DNA of 64,000 nucleotides from Candidatus Poriferisocius sp. (GCF_965219815.1 NZ_OZ244791.1:1866413-1930412); one strand, 5' to 3'. Positions 1-9,210 are shown, counted from the first letter of the stretch. A program made the numbers and translations. The notes: generated from the letters alone by a model not told the origin.

Positions 1-273
1 GGGGGCGTCCTCGAACAGGTCGAAGCGCAGGTACTCCCACTGACCGTCGGCGTCGAACACGTGCAATGACACCCCGCGGTCCTCAATGCCCAGCGGTGCG
101 GTGCGCCGCAATTCCTCGATATAGGCCTCGTCGCCCCCGTAATACTCCATAAGAGCCTCGGGGTTGAGGTCGCGGTACTCCACCCCGATCTTGATCACCC
201 CGGCGGGGAAGTAAGTGGTGTGGGAGTCGTCGGGCCGCATGGGCGGCATCTCGTAGACGTGGCCGATCTCCAT
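1..273 (-). CDS. hypothetical protein, N-terminal part only (gene runs off the left edge)
   Basis: The minus-strand frame is open from the ATG at 273-271 down to position 1 (91 codons, MEIGHVYEMPPMRPDDSHTTYFPAGVIKIGVEYRDLNPEAL...). Third codon positions are G/C-rich. It is absent from the ORF track because it has no stop in the window. No family recognised. Confidence 0.4.
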   Translation of the reverse strand, partial: MEIGHVYEMPPMRPDDSHTTYFPAGVIKIGVEYRDLNPEALMEYYGGDEAYIEELRRTAPLGIEDRGVSLHVFDADGQWEYLRFDLFEDAP

Positions 274-317
274 GGCCGCCAGCCTAGTGCCGGGTCGGTT
301 CTGCCTCTAGGTGCAAG

Positions 318-2426
318 GTGCTCGCTCACTACCATCAATTTTCCATGGCCCAGCGGCGAATCGACCTTGAGGAGTTCTTCCACCCCGTCGGGGTGGCGGT
401 GATCGGCGGGGTCGACCGCACCCAGACTGAGGATGCGCTGCGGGCCGCTATGGACAGCCGTTGGGGAGAGGGCAACTGGCATCTGGTCAACCCCAAGGGT
501 GGGTCGATCGGAACTGTGCCCATCTACCAGGCGGTGGCCGATGTGCCCGGCCCTGTGGCGCTGGCGGTTATCTCCACTCCACCAGCAGCGTGCGCCCAAA
601 TCGTGGACGAGTGCGGTGCTGTCGGGGTCCGCTACGCCCTGGTGTTCTCCTCGGGTTTCAGCGAGGTCGGCCCCGAGGGGGCCGAGTTGGAGGCCGAACT
701 GGGGGAGGCGGGCCGCCGCAACGGCATCCGCATCTTCGGCCCCAATACCAACACCAACGCATTTGAGCCGGTACCCGAGATTCCCGGGTTGCGGGGGGGC
801 AAGATCGGGGTGGTCACCCAGTCGGGCCACAACGGCCGGCCCATCATGCAGGGGGTGCACTTTGGCATCGGCTTCAGCCGCCAGGTGCCGTGCGGCAACG
901 AGGTTGACCTCGAAGTGAGCGACTTCATCGAGTACTTCGCCTACGACGAAGACACCGCGGTTATCGCTGGCTACATCGAGGGGTTTCGGTCGGCCGAGAA
1001 GCTGCGCACCGCACTGGAGGCGGCCAACGCGCAGCACAAGCCGGTGGTGATCTTGAAGATCGGCGCCACCGACGCTGGGTCGCGCATGGCTTCGTCGCAT
1101 ACCGGCCACCTCACCGGATCAGACGAGGTGATCGACGGCCTGTTCGAGCAGTTCGGGGTGGTGCGGGTGCGCGATCTCGACGAGCTGCTGGAAACTGCCG
1201 CCCTTTTCGCCAAGTTGGGCCCAGGAGCGGCCGAGGGGGCCGGGCTGTACTCCATTTCTGGGGGTTCGAGCACGCTGATGGCCGAGGCCGCCGAGTTGGC
1301 CGGGGTGGTGGCGCCCCCGCTGGCCGAGGAGACTCAGGAGAGGCTGTACCAGCACATTCCCCGTTACTTGGCGGTGTCCAACCCGGTGGACAACGGGGGC
1401 ATCTTCATCATGAGCGAGCCACCAGAGGTTCGCCAACAGGTGATCCGTGATATCAGCGCCGATCCGGCGGTGGGCTACACGGTGGTGGGCATCACCGGCG
1501 CGGTGCCGCCCATGTCTGATTATCTGGGCGACGACATCGTGGTGCTGGCCGACGAGGTGGACAAGCCGATCATTGCCACGTGGAACTCCTTCAAGGTGGA
1601 CGAGCCGGGATTCGACCGGCTGGTGGAGTCGGGAGTGCCGCTATTCCGCTCCTTTCGGGGCTGTTTCGCCGCACTGGCCGCCTACCACCGCTACCAGCGC
1701 CACCAAGAGGGCTTCCGAGTTCGCCCAGAGCTTCCTGACGACATGCCCGATGCTGCGGAGGCTGCTCTCGGGGTGCCAGCACCCGACATCGGAGCGGTGT
1801 TGCAGGCCTTCGGACTGCCAATGGCGGCCAGTGAGGTGGTGTCTACACCCAGAGACGCCCGCAGGGCGGCCGAGGAGATCGGCCTGCCGGTGGTGGTCAA
1901 GATCGCCTCCGCCGATTTTCCCCACAAGTCGGATGCTGGGCTGGTGGTTCTGGGGCTGGACTCTCTTGAAGGGGTGGAGCAAGCCACTCAGGAAGTCTTA
2001 AAGCGGGCGAGAAGCGCTGCTCCCGACGCGGCTATCGACGGGGTGGAGGTCCAGCAGATGGTGACCGGCGGCACCGAGATGATCGTGGGAGTGACCCGCG
2101 ATCCCACCCTCGGCCCCGCGGTCATGGTGGGTACCGGCGGCGTGTTCACCGAGGTGCTAGCCGACACCGCCGTTCGCCCGCTGCCCCTGGACGAGGCCGA
2201 CGCCCACGAGATGGTTCGATCGCTGAAGGGCTTTCCCTTGCTCGACGGGGCCCGCGGCCGACCGCCCGCCGATGTGGACACCCTGGTCCAAGTCATCATG
2301 TCAACTGCAACCCTGGCCACCGCCTTGGGTGATCGTCTGGCTGAACTCGATCTGAATCCCGTGGTCGTGCTCGACCGCGGCAAAGGAGCGGTAGTCGTGG
2401 ACCACCTCATGATCTTGGCTGACTAA
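318..2426 (+). CDS. ADP-forming acyl-CoA synthetase (acetate--CoA ligase family, fused CoA-binding + ATP-grasp)
   Basis: 702-aa ORF. It has an N-terminal CoA-binding Rossmann segment (VGVAVIGG...NPKGG), a succinyl-CoA-synthetase-like middle, and a C-terminal ATP-grasp part (LPVVVKIASADFPHKSDAGLVVLGL). The start could also be the ATG at 345. Confidence 0.85.
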   Translation: MLAHYHQFSMAQRRIDLEEFFHPVGVAVIGGVDRTQTEDALRAAMDSRWGEGNWHLVNPKGGSIGTVPIYQAVADVPGPVALAVISTPPAACAQIVDECGAVGVRYALVFSSGFSEVGPEGAELEAELGEAGRRNGIRIFGPNTNTNAFEPVPEIPGLRGGKIGVVTQSGHNGRPIMQGVHFGIGFSRQVPCGNEVDLEVSDFIEYFAYDEDTAVIAGYIEGFRSAEKLRTALEAANAQHKPVVILKIGATDAGSRMASSHTGHLTGSDEVIDGLFEQFGVVRVRDLDELLETAALFAKLGPGAAEGAGLYSISGGSSTLMAEAAELAGVVAPPLAEETQERLYQHIPRYLAVSNPVDNGGIFIMSEPPEVRQQVIRDISADPAVGYTVVGITGAVPPMSDYLGDDIVVLADEVDKPIIATWNSFKVDEPGFDRLVESGVPLFRSFRGCFAALAAYHRYQRHQEGFRVRPELPDDMPDAAEAALGVPAPDIGAVLQAFGLPMAASEVVSTPRDARRAAEEIGLPVVVKIASADFPHKSDAGLVVLGLDSLEGVEQATQEVLKRARSAAPDAAIDGVEVQQMVTGGTEMIVGVTRDPTLGPAVMVGTGGVFTEVLADTAVRPLPLDEADAHEMVRSLKGFPLLDGARGRPPADVDTLVQVIMSTATLATALGDRLAELDLNPVVVLDRGKGAVVVDHLMILAD

Positions 2427-2470
2427 CGTCCAGCGGCCCTTTGACCCTCGGGCCATCCTGTGTAGGATCA

Positions 2471-2483
2471 CCGATTATCGATT
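2471..2483. promoter_or_regulatory. putative GntR-type operator (CCGATTATCGATT) upstream of the Mo-hydroxylase genes
   Basis: AT-rich near-palindrome 40 nt upstream of the coxM-like start. It shares the 10-nt core CGATTATCGA with the site at 9175-9185 in front of the GntR gene. Confidence 0.35.
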
Positions 2484-2522
2484 GTCTAGGGTGAGACCAG
2501 GGAACCAAGGGGGGTACCCGCG

Positions 2523-3371
2523 ATGGCGTCCTATTGCCGGCCTCGCACGGTGAGCGAGGTGCTCGCCGCGCTGGCTAGTGCTGAAGGTCACGGTCGAATC
2601 CTCGTCGGCGGTACGGACCTCCTCGTCCACCTTCGCAAGGACCCATTCGCCCCGACTGTCATCGTTGACATCAAGTCCGTCAATGACTTCCCGCCAGCGG
2701 TCGAGATCGGCGACGAAGCGGTGCGATTCGGTCCGACTGCTCGGATGTCCGAAATCTCAGGCGACCCATTCATCGCAGACCGCCTGCCTGCGCTGAGCGC
2801 ATCGGCTCGTGTGGTGGGATCAATCGCCATCCGGAACCGGGCGACGCTTATTGGCAACATCTGCAACGGCTCACCGGCGGCCGACACCGCCCCTGCCCTT
2901 CTCGTCTACGGCTCGACCGTGACTGTGACCGGGCCCGGCGGCGAACGGACGATGCCGTTGGTTGACTTCTTCGTCGGACCTGGCGAGACCAGGTGCGGGC
3001 CAGACGAGATCGTGATCCGTGTCGACGTACCAATTCCTGATCGTGAACATCGGTCAGCGTTCCAACGCCTAACCAGGCGGAGAGGGGTCGACCTTGCGAC
3101 GGTCAGCGTGGCGGCCGGTGTCGACGCAGACGGCGGGATTGTTCTCGGTCTGGGATGCGTTGGACCGACGCCGCTGTTGACCGATGCGAGCCTGCCCGTC
3201 GATCTCAGCGATCCAGACGCAATCGAGGGGGCCGTTGAAGAGCTGGTGTCCATCGCAACACCGATCTCCGACGTCCGGGCGGCTCGCGACTATCGCGAGG
3301 CAATGGTTCGTGTCCTCGCCGTACGGGCCGTTCAGGCCGCCGCGGCTCCTCCCGAGGGGATGTCTTCATGA
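2523..3371 (+). CDS. xanthine dehydrogenase/CO dehydrogenase family FAD-binding subunit (CoxM-like)
   Basis: 282 aa with ILVGGTDLLVHL and NRATLIGNICNGSPAADTAP, typical of the molybdopterin-dehydrogenase FAD-binding domain. ATGA overlap with the next gene. Confidence 0.85.
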   Translation: MASYCRPRTVSEVLAALASAEGHGRILVGGTDLLVHLRKDPFAPTVIVDIKSVNDFPPAVEIGDEAVRFGPTARMSEISGDPFIADRLPALSASARVVGSIAIRNRATLIGNICNGSPAADTAPALLVYGSTVTVTGPGGERTMPLVDFFVGPGETRCGPDEIVIRVDVPIPDREHRSAFQRLTRRRGVDLATVSVAAGVDADGGIVLGLGCVGPTPLLTDASLPVDLSDPDAIEGAVEELVSIATPISDVRAARDYREAMVRVLAVRAVQAAAAPPEGMSS

Positions 3372-3868
3372 CGGATTCCTCTGTGCACCCCACGAGTGAG
3401 GTGGCCGTTGCGCTGGAGCTGAACGGCGAAAATGTTCGTGCCACGATCCCGGCGCACCGGACGCTGCTGGACATGCTTCGAGATGACCTTGGCCTCTGCG
3501 GCACCAAACGCTGTTGCGCCGAGGGTGAGTGCGGCGCCTGCTCTGTGCTCCTGGACGGCGAACTCGTCAACTCCTGTCTCGTACTCGGCGCCGAGGCCGA
3601 CGGCGGAGCCCTCCTCACGATCGAGGGGGTGTCCATGGGCGGCATAACCGACCTCCAGGCCGAGTTTCTGGCCGCTGGGGCCGTTCAATGCGGGGTGTGC
3701 ATTCCCGGTCAGGTCATGGCGGCCGAGCAACTCCTGCGAACGAATCCCAATGCCTCCCGAGATGAGATCCGAGACGCCATGTCGGGAAACCTGTGCCGAT
3801 GTGCGAGCTACCAGCGGATCGTTGAGGCGATCCAAACCGCGGCGGCCGGAAGGCAAACCGATGCCTGA
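3368..3868 (+). CDS. (2Fe-2S)-binding small subunit (CoxS-like)
   Basis: 166 aa with two cluster motifs: CAEGECGACSV, and CGVCIPGQ...CRCASYQRI. Confidence 0.9.
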   Translation: MTDSSVHPTSEVAVALELNGENVRATIPAHRTLLDMLRDDLGLCGTKRCCAEGECGACSVLLDGELVNSCLVLGAEADGGALLTIEGVSMGGITDLQAEFLAAGAVQCGVCIPGQVMAAEQLLRTNPNASRDEIRDAMSGNLCRCASYQRIVEAIQTAAAGRQTDA

Positions 3869-6176
3869 CGAAAACCAAGGTCTTTCCTCCAATGGTCCCG
3901 TTGCTGGCACCGACCGGGTGGTCGGCCAGCGGATTCACCGTTACGGGGGCATAGATCGGGTCACCGGCGCTCAGCGTTACCTGAGCGACATCACGTTTAC
4001 CGATGCCGCGCACGTGGCGTTCGCCACTGTTCCCGTCGGATGCGCCGCGATCGACGCAATCGATACCTCGCCGGCGGCGGCGATGCCCGGCGTCATCGCG
4101 GTGGTACACGCCGATGACCTGCCTCAGCCCGTGGCCCGGTTCGGGATTTCCCATAAGGACCGACCGGTGATCGCTACCGAGACGGTCAACTACCACGGCG
4201 AGCCTGTTGTCGCGGTGGTTGCCGAGACTGAAGACGAGGCCCGGGCTGCGGCTAACGCCGTCGTCATCCACTTCACCGAGTTGACCGGTGTGTACGGGCT
4301 CGACGCGGCCCTGGCCGGCGACGCCCGATTGGTCCAAGACCCTTCAGTTCGGCCCGGCGATGACCTGAACTCCACCAATGTTCTCGAGCAGGTTGAGTAC
4401 GCATGGGGTGATGCCGACTCGGAGGGCGCCAGCTCGCACACGATCATCGAGGACACCTACACGTTCCCGATGGTCACCCATTTTCCGATCGAGCCCGGCG
4501 GAATCGTCGCCGTACCGACCGATGACGGTGGTATCGAGGTTTACTCGCCGGTCCAGCACCCCTACCTCCTCCAGCGGACGATCGCCGAGGTGTGGTCGCT
4601 TCCACTGTCGCGGGTCCGGGTCATCGCCCCGGATCCCGGCGGGGGATTCGGCGGAAAGCAAACCCCTCGATATGAGCCCCTGATTGCCTTCCTCGCCCTC
4701 AAAACGGGACGTACCTGCCGCCTCGTGCTCTCGCTGGAAGAGGCGTTTCAATTGATGCGGCGGTCGGGTTGTCGGATCCACGCGCGCACAGGATTCACAG
4801 AAGCGGGCGAGCTGGCCTTCCACGAGATGCAGGTCGATTTCGTGGTCGGGGCCTACGCGGACGTCGCTCCTCGGGTCATGACCAAGGGCAGCTATGTGGG
4901 TGCTGGGCCCTATCGGATTCCTCGCGTTTCCATCAACGCACGCGCCGTTTTGACCAACACCGTCCCCAGCTGCGCCTTTCGGGGGTTCGGCGCCCCCCAA
5001 GTCGGGTGGGCCACCGAGTCCCAGCTCGATGCCGGCGCCCGAGCGTTGGGGCTCGACTCGCTTGAGATACGCCGACGCAACCTCGTCGAGCACGACGAGG
5101 CCTTTATCCGCGGCGACTACGAGGCCCGCGCCGACGGCCGCTGGCACGATAGTCTCGAGAAGGCAGCCGAGCTGATCGGCTGGCAGGAGCCGACCCCATC
5201 GGGCCGGGGACGAGGCATTGCCGTCGGGATCAAGCCGGGAGCGACAACGGGTCTGTCCCAGAGCCTGGTCCGCCTGCTTTACGACGGCAGCGCGATGGCG
5301 TATGCGGGCACGTCGGACATGGGGCAGGGGGCTAGGACCCTGTGGAAGCAGATTCTGGCCGACGAGTTGGGCGTTGATCTCGATCTGATCACCATCATCA
5401 GCGGCGACACCAACGCCGTGCCTTTCGACCTTCAGACGTCGGCGAGTCGCTCCACCGTGTTCATGGGCAACGCCGTGCTCGCAGCGTGTGAAGACATCCG
5501 CGACCGAGTTCTCGAGCTCTATGCCGAAGCCACCGAGACCGCACAGTCGGAGCTTTCCCACTCGCCTGGCCAACTTGTCACCCCGTCAGGGGCGATTTCG
5601 CTGGTCGAGGCCGCCCAGACCGCGCTGGGTGGGCTGCGAGGCGAGTTCGTCGGCCAGGGAACCAGCCGCCTATGGGGCACGAAGGGCCACCCGCTCGGCG
5701 GCGATGCGGCGTTCTACGAATTCAACGCCACGGCCATAGAAGTCGAGGTGGATCGCGCCACGGGCGAGATCTTGTTGACCAAGCACGTGACAGTCGGCGA
5801 TGTAGGGACAGAGATCAATCCACTACAGGTCGTCTCCCAGGATGAAGGCGCCGCGATCATGGGCCTGGGTCACAGCCTCATGGAGCAGATGCTGTTCGAC
5901 GATCACGGCCAGATCCTCAACCTGGGCGCGATCGACTACCGGATCCCGACATTCAACGATGTCGCGCTCCATATGCAGACCGCATCTGTCGAGAATCAGG
6001 ACGGCCCTGGCCCATACGGGTGCAAGGGAATCAGCGAGGGCGCGCTGCTGTGTACGGCGGGCGCCGTTGGCGCGGCGGTTGCCGACGCCATCGGCACACC
6101 GGTTCGCGAACTCCCGATCACCGCGGAGCGGGTCTGGCGCACCATCCGCGACGCCACCCTCGACTCGCCGGATTAG
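3861..6176 (+). CDS. molybdopterin-binding large subunit of the xanthine dehydrogenase/aldehyde oxidase family (CoxL-like)
   Basis: The track ORF is 3750-6176. I chose the ATG at 3861 (MPDENQG...), which overlaps the CoxS stop. Motifs: PDPGGGFGGKQ and CAFRGFGAPQ. It lacks the CODH form I/II active-site loop, so it is a generic hydroxylase. Confidence 0.85.
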   Translation: MPDENQGLSSNGPVAGTDRVVGQRIHRYGGIDRVTGAQRYLSDITFTDAAHVAFATVPVGCAAIDAIDTSPAAAMPGVIAVVHADDLPQPVARFGISHKDRPVIATETVNYHGEPVVAVVAETEDEARAAANAVVIHFTELTGVYGLDAALAGDARLVQDPSVRPGDDLNSTNVLEQVEYAWGDADSEGASSHTIIEDTYTFPMVTHFPIEPGGIVAVPTDDGGIEVYSPVQHPYLLQRTIAEVWSLPLSRVRVIAPDPGGGFGGKQTPRYEPLIAFLALKTGRTCRLVLSLEEAFQLMRRSGCRIHARTGFTEAGELAFHEMQVDFVVGAYADVAPRVMTKGSYVGAGPYRIPRVSINARAVLTNTVPSCAFRGFGAPQVGWATESQLDAGARALGLDSLEIRRRNLVEHDEAFIRGDYEARADGRWHDSLEKAAELIGWQEPTPSGRGRGIAVGIKPGATTGLSQSLVRLLYDGSAMAYAGTSDMGQGARTLWKQILADELGVDLDLITIISGDTNAVPFDLQTSASRSTVFMGNAVLAACEDIRDRVLELYAEATETAQSELSHSPGQLVTPSGAISLVEAAQTALGGLRGEFVGQGTSRLWGTKGHPLGGDAAFYEFNATAIEVEVDRATGEILLTKHVTVGDVGTEINPLQVVSQDEGAAIMGLGHSLMEQMLFDDHGQILNLGAIDYRIPTFNDVALHMQTASVENQDGPGPYGCKGISEGALLCTAGAVGAAVADAIGTPVRELPITAERVWRTIRDATLDSPD

Positions 6177-6230
6177 TCGTGCGACACCCCACCACAAGAA
6201 CGAACTGAAAACAACAAAGGAGACAAACCA

Positions 6231-7478
6231 ATGCCGAACACCACCGTGTGCCTCGCAGGTACCCTCGACACGAAAGGCGCTGAGTACGAGTTCGTGCGCG
6301 ACCGTCTCATCGATGCTGGCGTCGACGTATTGGTGATCGACTGCGGGGTTCTCGGAACCCCGCACTTCGCCCCCGACATCTCCGCCGACGAGGTCGCCAG
6401 CGCGGCCGGGATCGACCTCTCTGATTTCCGCGCCGGCGTCGAAGGCGCCGGAGGACGCGTCGCCGCAGTCGGGAGCATGGGCGAGGGTCTCGCCGCCGTG
6501 CTCGGCGATCTCGTTTCGAGCGGACGCATTCAAGGTGTGATGGGCTTGGGCGGGTCCGGCGGCACCTACCTCCTCACCGATGCCTTCCGAACGCTGCCGC
6601 TCGGCTTTCCAAAGCTCATGGTCTCGACCATGGCGTCGGGCGACGTCCGTCCCTATGTTGGGCATTCCGACATGCACATGGCCAACGCGGTGACCGACAT
6701 CGCCGGCATCAACAACGTCTCCAAGCTGGTCCTGTCCAACGCCGCAGGATCGATCGCGGGGATGGCCCAGGGATACGAGGCCACCAAGGCGCTGGCCACC
6801 GAAGGCGAGCCGCTGATCGCCATCTCGATGTTCGGGGTCACCACCCCGGGCGTGATGCGGATGCGTGAACAGCTCGAGTCCGAGGGATTCCAGGTCGTTA
6901 CCTTCCACGCCGTCGGAGAGGGCGCTGGCATGGAGCACCTCATTGACGAGGGCATCATCGACGGAATCATCGACTTCACGCTGGCCGAATTGCTCAACAC
7001 CTGGAATGACGGCATCTTCCGTCTCGACATCGAGCGGATGTCGGCCGCCACTCGCAACAGCATTCCGCTCGTGGTAGTTCCGGGTGCGATCGAGTGCTTC
7101 AACTTTGCGGCGCCCGAGACCATTCCCGAGAAGTACAACACCACTGAGCGCAACATCATTCTTCACAACCCCAACATCACATCGCTGCTCGCGACCTCCG
7201 AAGAAATGACTCGGCTCGGCGAATATCTGGCCGACCACGTGAACCGGAGCATTGGGCCCAAAGCAGTTGCCCTGCCCCTCCAGGGCCTCGACAACTACTT
7301 CAAAGAGGGCAGCCAATGGCACGGGGTGGACATCACGCCGCTGTTCGACGCCATTCGCTCAAATCTCGATCCGTCCACTGAGCTCGTCGAGATGGACAAC
7401 CTCATCAACGACGAACCCTTTGCCGACGCGGTCTTCAATTTGTTCATGGAGCGTTGGAAGCAGGCCCAGTCCCAGTGA
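6231..7478 (+). CDS. UPF0261 / Tm-1-like ATP-binding protein
   Basis: 415 aa. The N-terminus TVCLAGTLDTKGAEYEFVRDRL and the overall glycine-rich two-domain layout match my memory of the UPF0261 (COG5441) family. AAAGGAG RBS upstream. Confidence 0.65.
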   Translation: MPNTTVCLAGTLDTKGAEYEFVRDRLIDAGVDVLVIDCGVLGTPHFAPDISADEVASAAGIDLSDFRAGVEGAGGRVAAVGSMGEGLAAVLGDLVSSGRIQGVMGLGGSGGTYLLTDAFRTLPLGFPKLMVSTMASGDVRPYVGHSDMHMANAVTDIAGINNVSKLVLSNAAGSIAGMAQGYEATKALATEGEPLIAISMFGVTTPGVMRMREQLESEGFQVVTFHAVGEGAGMEHLIDEGIIDGIIDFTLAELLNTWNDGIFRLDIERMSAATRNSIPLVVVPGAIECFNFAAPETIPEKYNTTERNIILHNPNITSLLATSEEMTRLGEYLADHVNRSIGPKAVALPLQGLDNYFKEGSQWHGVDITPLFDAIRSNLDPSTELVEMDNLINDEPFADAVFNLFMERWKQAQSQ

Positions 7479-7512
7479 GCGCTGGCCCAGTGAGCGCCGG
7501 CCAAAGCGGGAC

Positions 7513-8256
7513 ATGGCGACCGCGATGAGCCCAAAGGGCGGCCGCACGGTACGGGTGATTCTCCTTCGGCACGGCCAAGTCGCCCACCACCGGAGCGATG
7601 TGGGCCTCACCGATCTCGGGGTTGCCCAGTCGGAGGCCGCCGGTCGCTGGTTCGCAGAGCAGGGAGTCGAGATCGAGTGCCTGCTTAGCGGCGAGACGGC
7701 ACGAACCCTCGACACGGCAACCGCGTTCGCGGCTGGCTATCGCGGAGTGGCCGGCTCACCTGAGCTGCCTGAACCCGTGGTGGGCTTCGCCCTGCGAAAC
7801 CCCGACCTCTACCTCGGTGGGCATCGGGTCAACATCGCAGAGGGCGCCGAGGCAATCGCAGCACAGGCACCTGGCATCAGCCCGGAGGACGTGGTGAGCT
7901 CTCCGTTCTTTGGCAAACTGATCAGCGCCGAGGAGCGGGTCGGCTACTGGCTGGAGCATCCCAACCCGCCTGGAGAGGACGCTCACGCCGTCGCTTGGCG
8001 AGTCGTGTCGTTCGTCAGAAGTCTGGGCGACGGCGCCGGTCGAGCGGGAGCAACCGTCGTGGCCATCACCCACTCGCCAGTGCTCAGGGCCGTCCGGCTT
8101 GGATTCGAGAACGTGTACACACGGGAGCCTCCGTTCCTTCACGGCTTCTCGCTCATCGCCGGCCGAACCGGTGACATCACGTTCTCATTGTTCGAAACGG
8201 ACACGGGTGACATCCCGGCGACGTCAAAGCCGGGGCCCGGACTGGAGGAATCCTGA
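7513..8256 (+). CDS. histidine phosphatase family protein (phosphoglycerate-mutase-like)
   Basis: The track ORF 7252-8256 overlaps the previous gene. The internal ATG at 7513 gives MATAMSPKGGRTVRVILLRHGQ (RHG catalytic motif), with a later ITHSPVLRA histidine. Confidence 0.7.
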   Translation: MATAMSPKGGRTVRVILLRHGQVAHHRSDVGLTDLGVAQSEAAGRWFAEQGVEIECLLSGETARTLDTATAFAAGYRGVAGSPELPEPVVGFALRNPDLYLGGHRVNIAEGAEAIAAQAPGISPEDVVSSPFFGKLISAEERVGYWLEHPNPPGEDAHAVAWRVVSFVRSLGDGAGRAGATVVAITHSPVLRAVRLGFENVYTREPPFLHGFSLIAGRTGDITFSLFETDTGDIPATSKPGPGLEES

Positions 8257-9164
8257 TGCGATCCGCAATCATCACCTGCGCACCGACTGGCGCCATCCAC
8301 ACCCCGTCGATGTCGCCCTACCTGCCCATCACGCCGGGCGAGATAGCCACCGCCGCCATCGGCGCCGCACAAGCCGGCGCCGCGGTCGTACACCTCCACG
8401 TGCGCGATCCCGAGGATGGTCATCCGGTCCAAGACGTCGGCCTGTTCCGGGAGCTGCTCGATCACATTCGAGCTGAGAGCGATGTGGTCATCAACGTCAC
8501 CACCGGAGGCAGCCCCCACATGACCGTTGACGAGCGCATTCGCCCGGCATTGGAGCTCGCCCCCGAACTCGCCTCGCTCAACATGGGCACCATGAACTTC
8601 GGCCTATACCCCATGCTGGAGCGCTTCCCCGATTTTCGCTATGACTGGGAACGCACCCATCTTGGCAACAAGGCCCTTATCTTCCGGAATTCCTTCGAGG
8701 ACATTGAGCGCATTCTCAAGTCCTGCGGAGATCAGGGCACTCGGTTCGAGTTCGAGTGCTACGACACCGCCCATCTCTACAATCTGGCCCACTTCGTCGA
8801 CCGGGGCCTGGTGGAGCCGCCGCTCTTCGTGCAATCCGTGTTCGGCATCCTCGGGGGGATGGGGGCTGATGTCGACGATGTGATACACCAACGCCGCACG
8901 GCTGAGCGCCTCTTTGGCGACGACTTCGAGTGGTCGGTTCTCGGTGCCGGTGCGGCGCAGACCCGGGTTGCCGCGCTTTCTCTCGCCCTTGGGGACAACG
9001 CTCGCGTGGGTCTCGAAGACTCGTTGTGGGATGGCCCGGGCCGCCTGGCCGAGGCGAACCGCGACCAGGTCGAACGGGTTCGAGTCCTGGCCGAAGCCGT
9101 CCATCGCAGCGTCGCTACTCCGGAGGAAGCCCGCGGGCGACTTCGGCTTCGCGGTGTAGCATGA
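8256..9164 (+). CDS. beta-keto acid cleavage enzyme family protein (BKACE, 3-keto-5-aminohexanoate cleavage enzyme-like, DUF849)
   Basis: 302 aa. The N-terminus IITCAPTGAIHTPSMSPYLPITPGEIA and VVHLHVRDPEDG are characteristic of BKACE TIM barrels. The start overlaps the upstream stop (TGATG). Confidence 0.8.
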   Translation: MRSAIITCAPTGAIHTPSMSPYLPITPGEIATAAIGAAQAGAAVVHLHVRDPEDGHPVQDVGLFRELLDHIRAESDVVINVTTGGSPHMTVDERIRPALELAPELASLNMGTMNFGLYPMLERFPDFRYDWERTHLGNKALIFRNSFEDIERILKSCGDQGTRFEFECYDTAHLYNLAHFVDRGLVEPPLFVQSVFGILGGMGADVDDVIHQRRTAERLFGDDFEWSVLGAGAAQTRVAALSLALGDNARVGLEDSLWDGPGRLAEANRDQVERVRVLAEAVHRSVATPEEARGRLRLRGVA

Positions 9165-9174
9165 CCCGCACTAA

Positions 9175-9185
9175 TCGATTATCGA
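9175..9185. promoter_or_regulatory. putative GntR autoregulatory operator, perfect 11-bp palindrome TCGATTATCGA
   Basis: Perfect palindrome (TCGAT-T-ATCGA) 26 nt upstream of the GntR start codon, in an AT-rich patch of an otherwise G+C-rich genome. A related copy lies at 2471-2483. Confidence 0.4.
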
Positions 9186-9210
9186 ACGTTTACCCAGGAA
9201 TCGGTTTCCC

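Noticed and set aside
195-1109. Long antisense or out-of-frame ORFs throughout the track. Examples: 195-1109(-), 4344-5573(-), 5823-7322(-), 13374-14393(-), 25355-26089(+), 28259-29419(-), 29881-30729(+), 31240-32199(+), 36691-37695(-), 40215-41477(-), 41616-42773(-), 52810-53883(-), 56538-57395(+).
   Set aside because: They lie opposite or overlapping genes with unambiguous family motifs. Their products are Arg/Pro/Gly/His-rich low-complexity strings typical of non-coding frames in high-G+C DNA, and they lack start contexts. I treated them as artefacts.
9070-9100. T-arm-like sequence GGTTCGAGTCCTGG suggesting a hidden tRNA.
   Set aside because: It lies inside the BKACE coding sequence. No acceptor, D or anticodon arms can be drawn around it.
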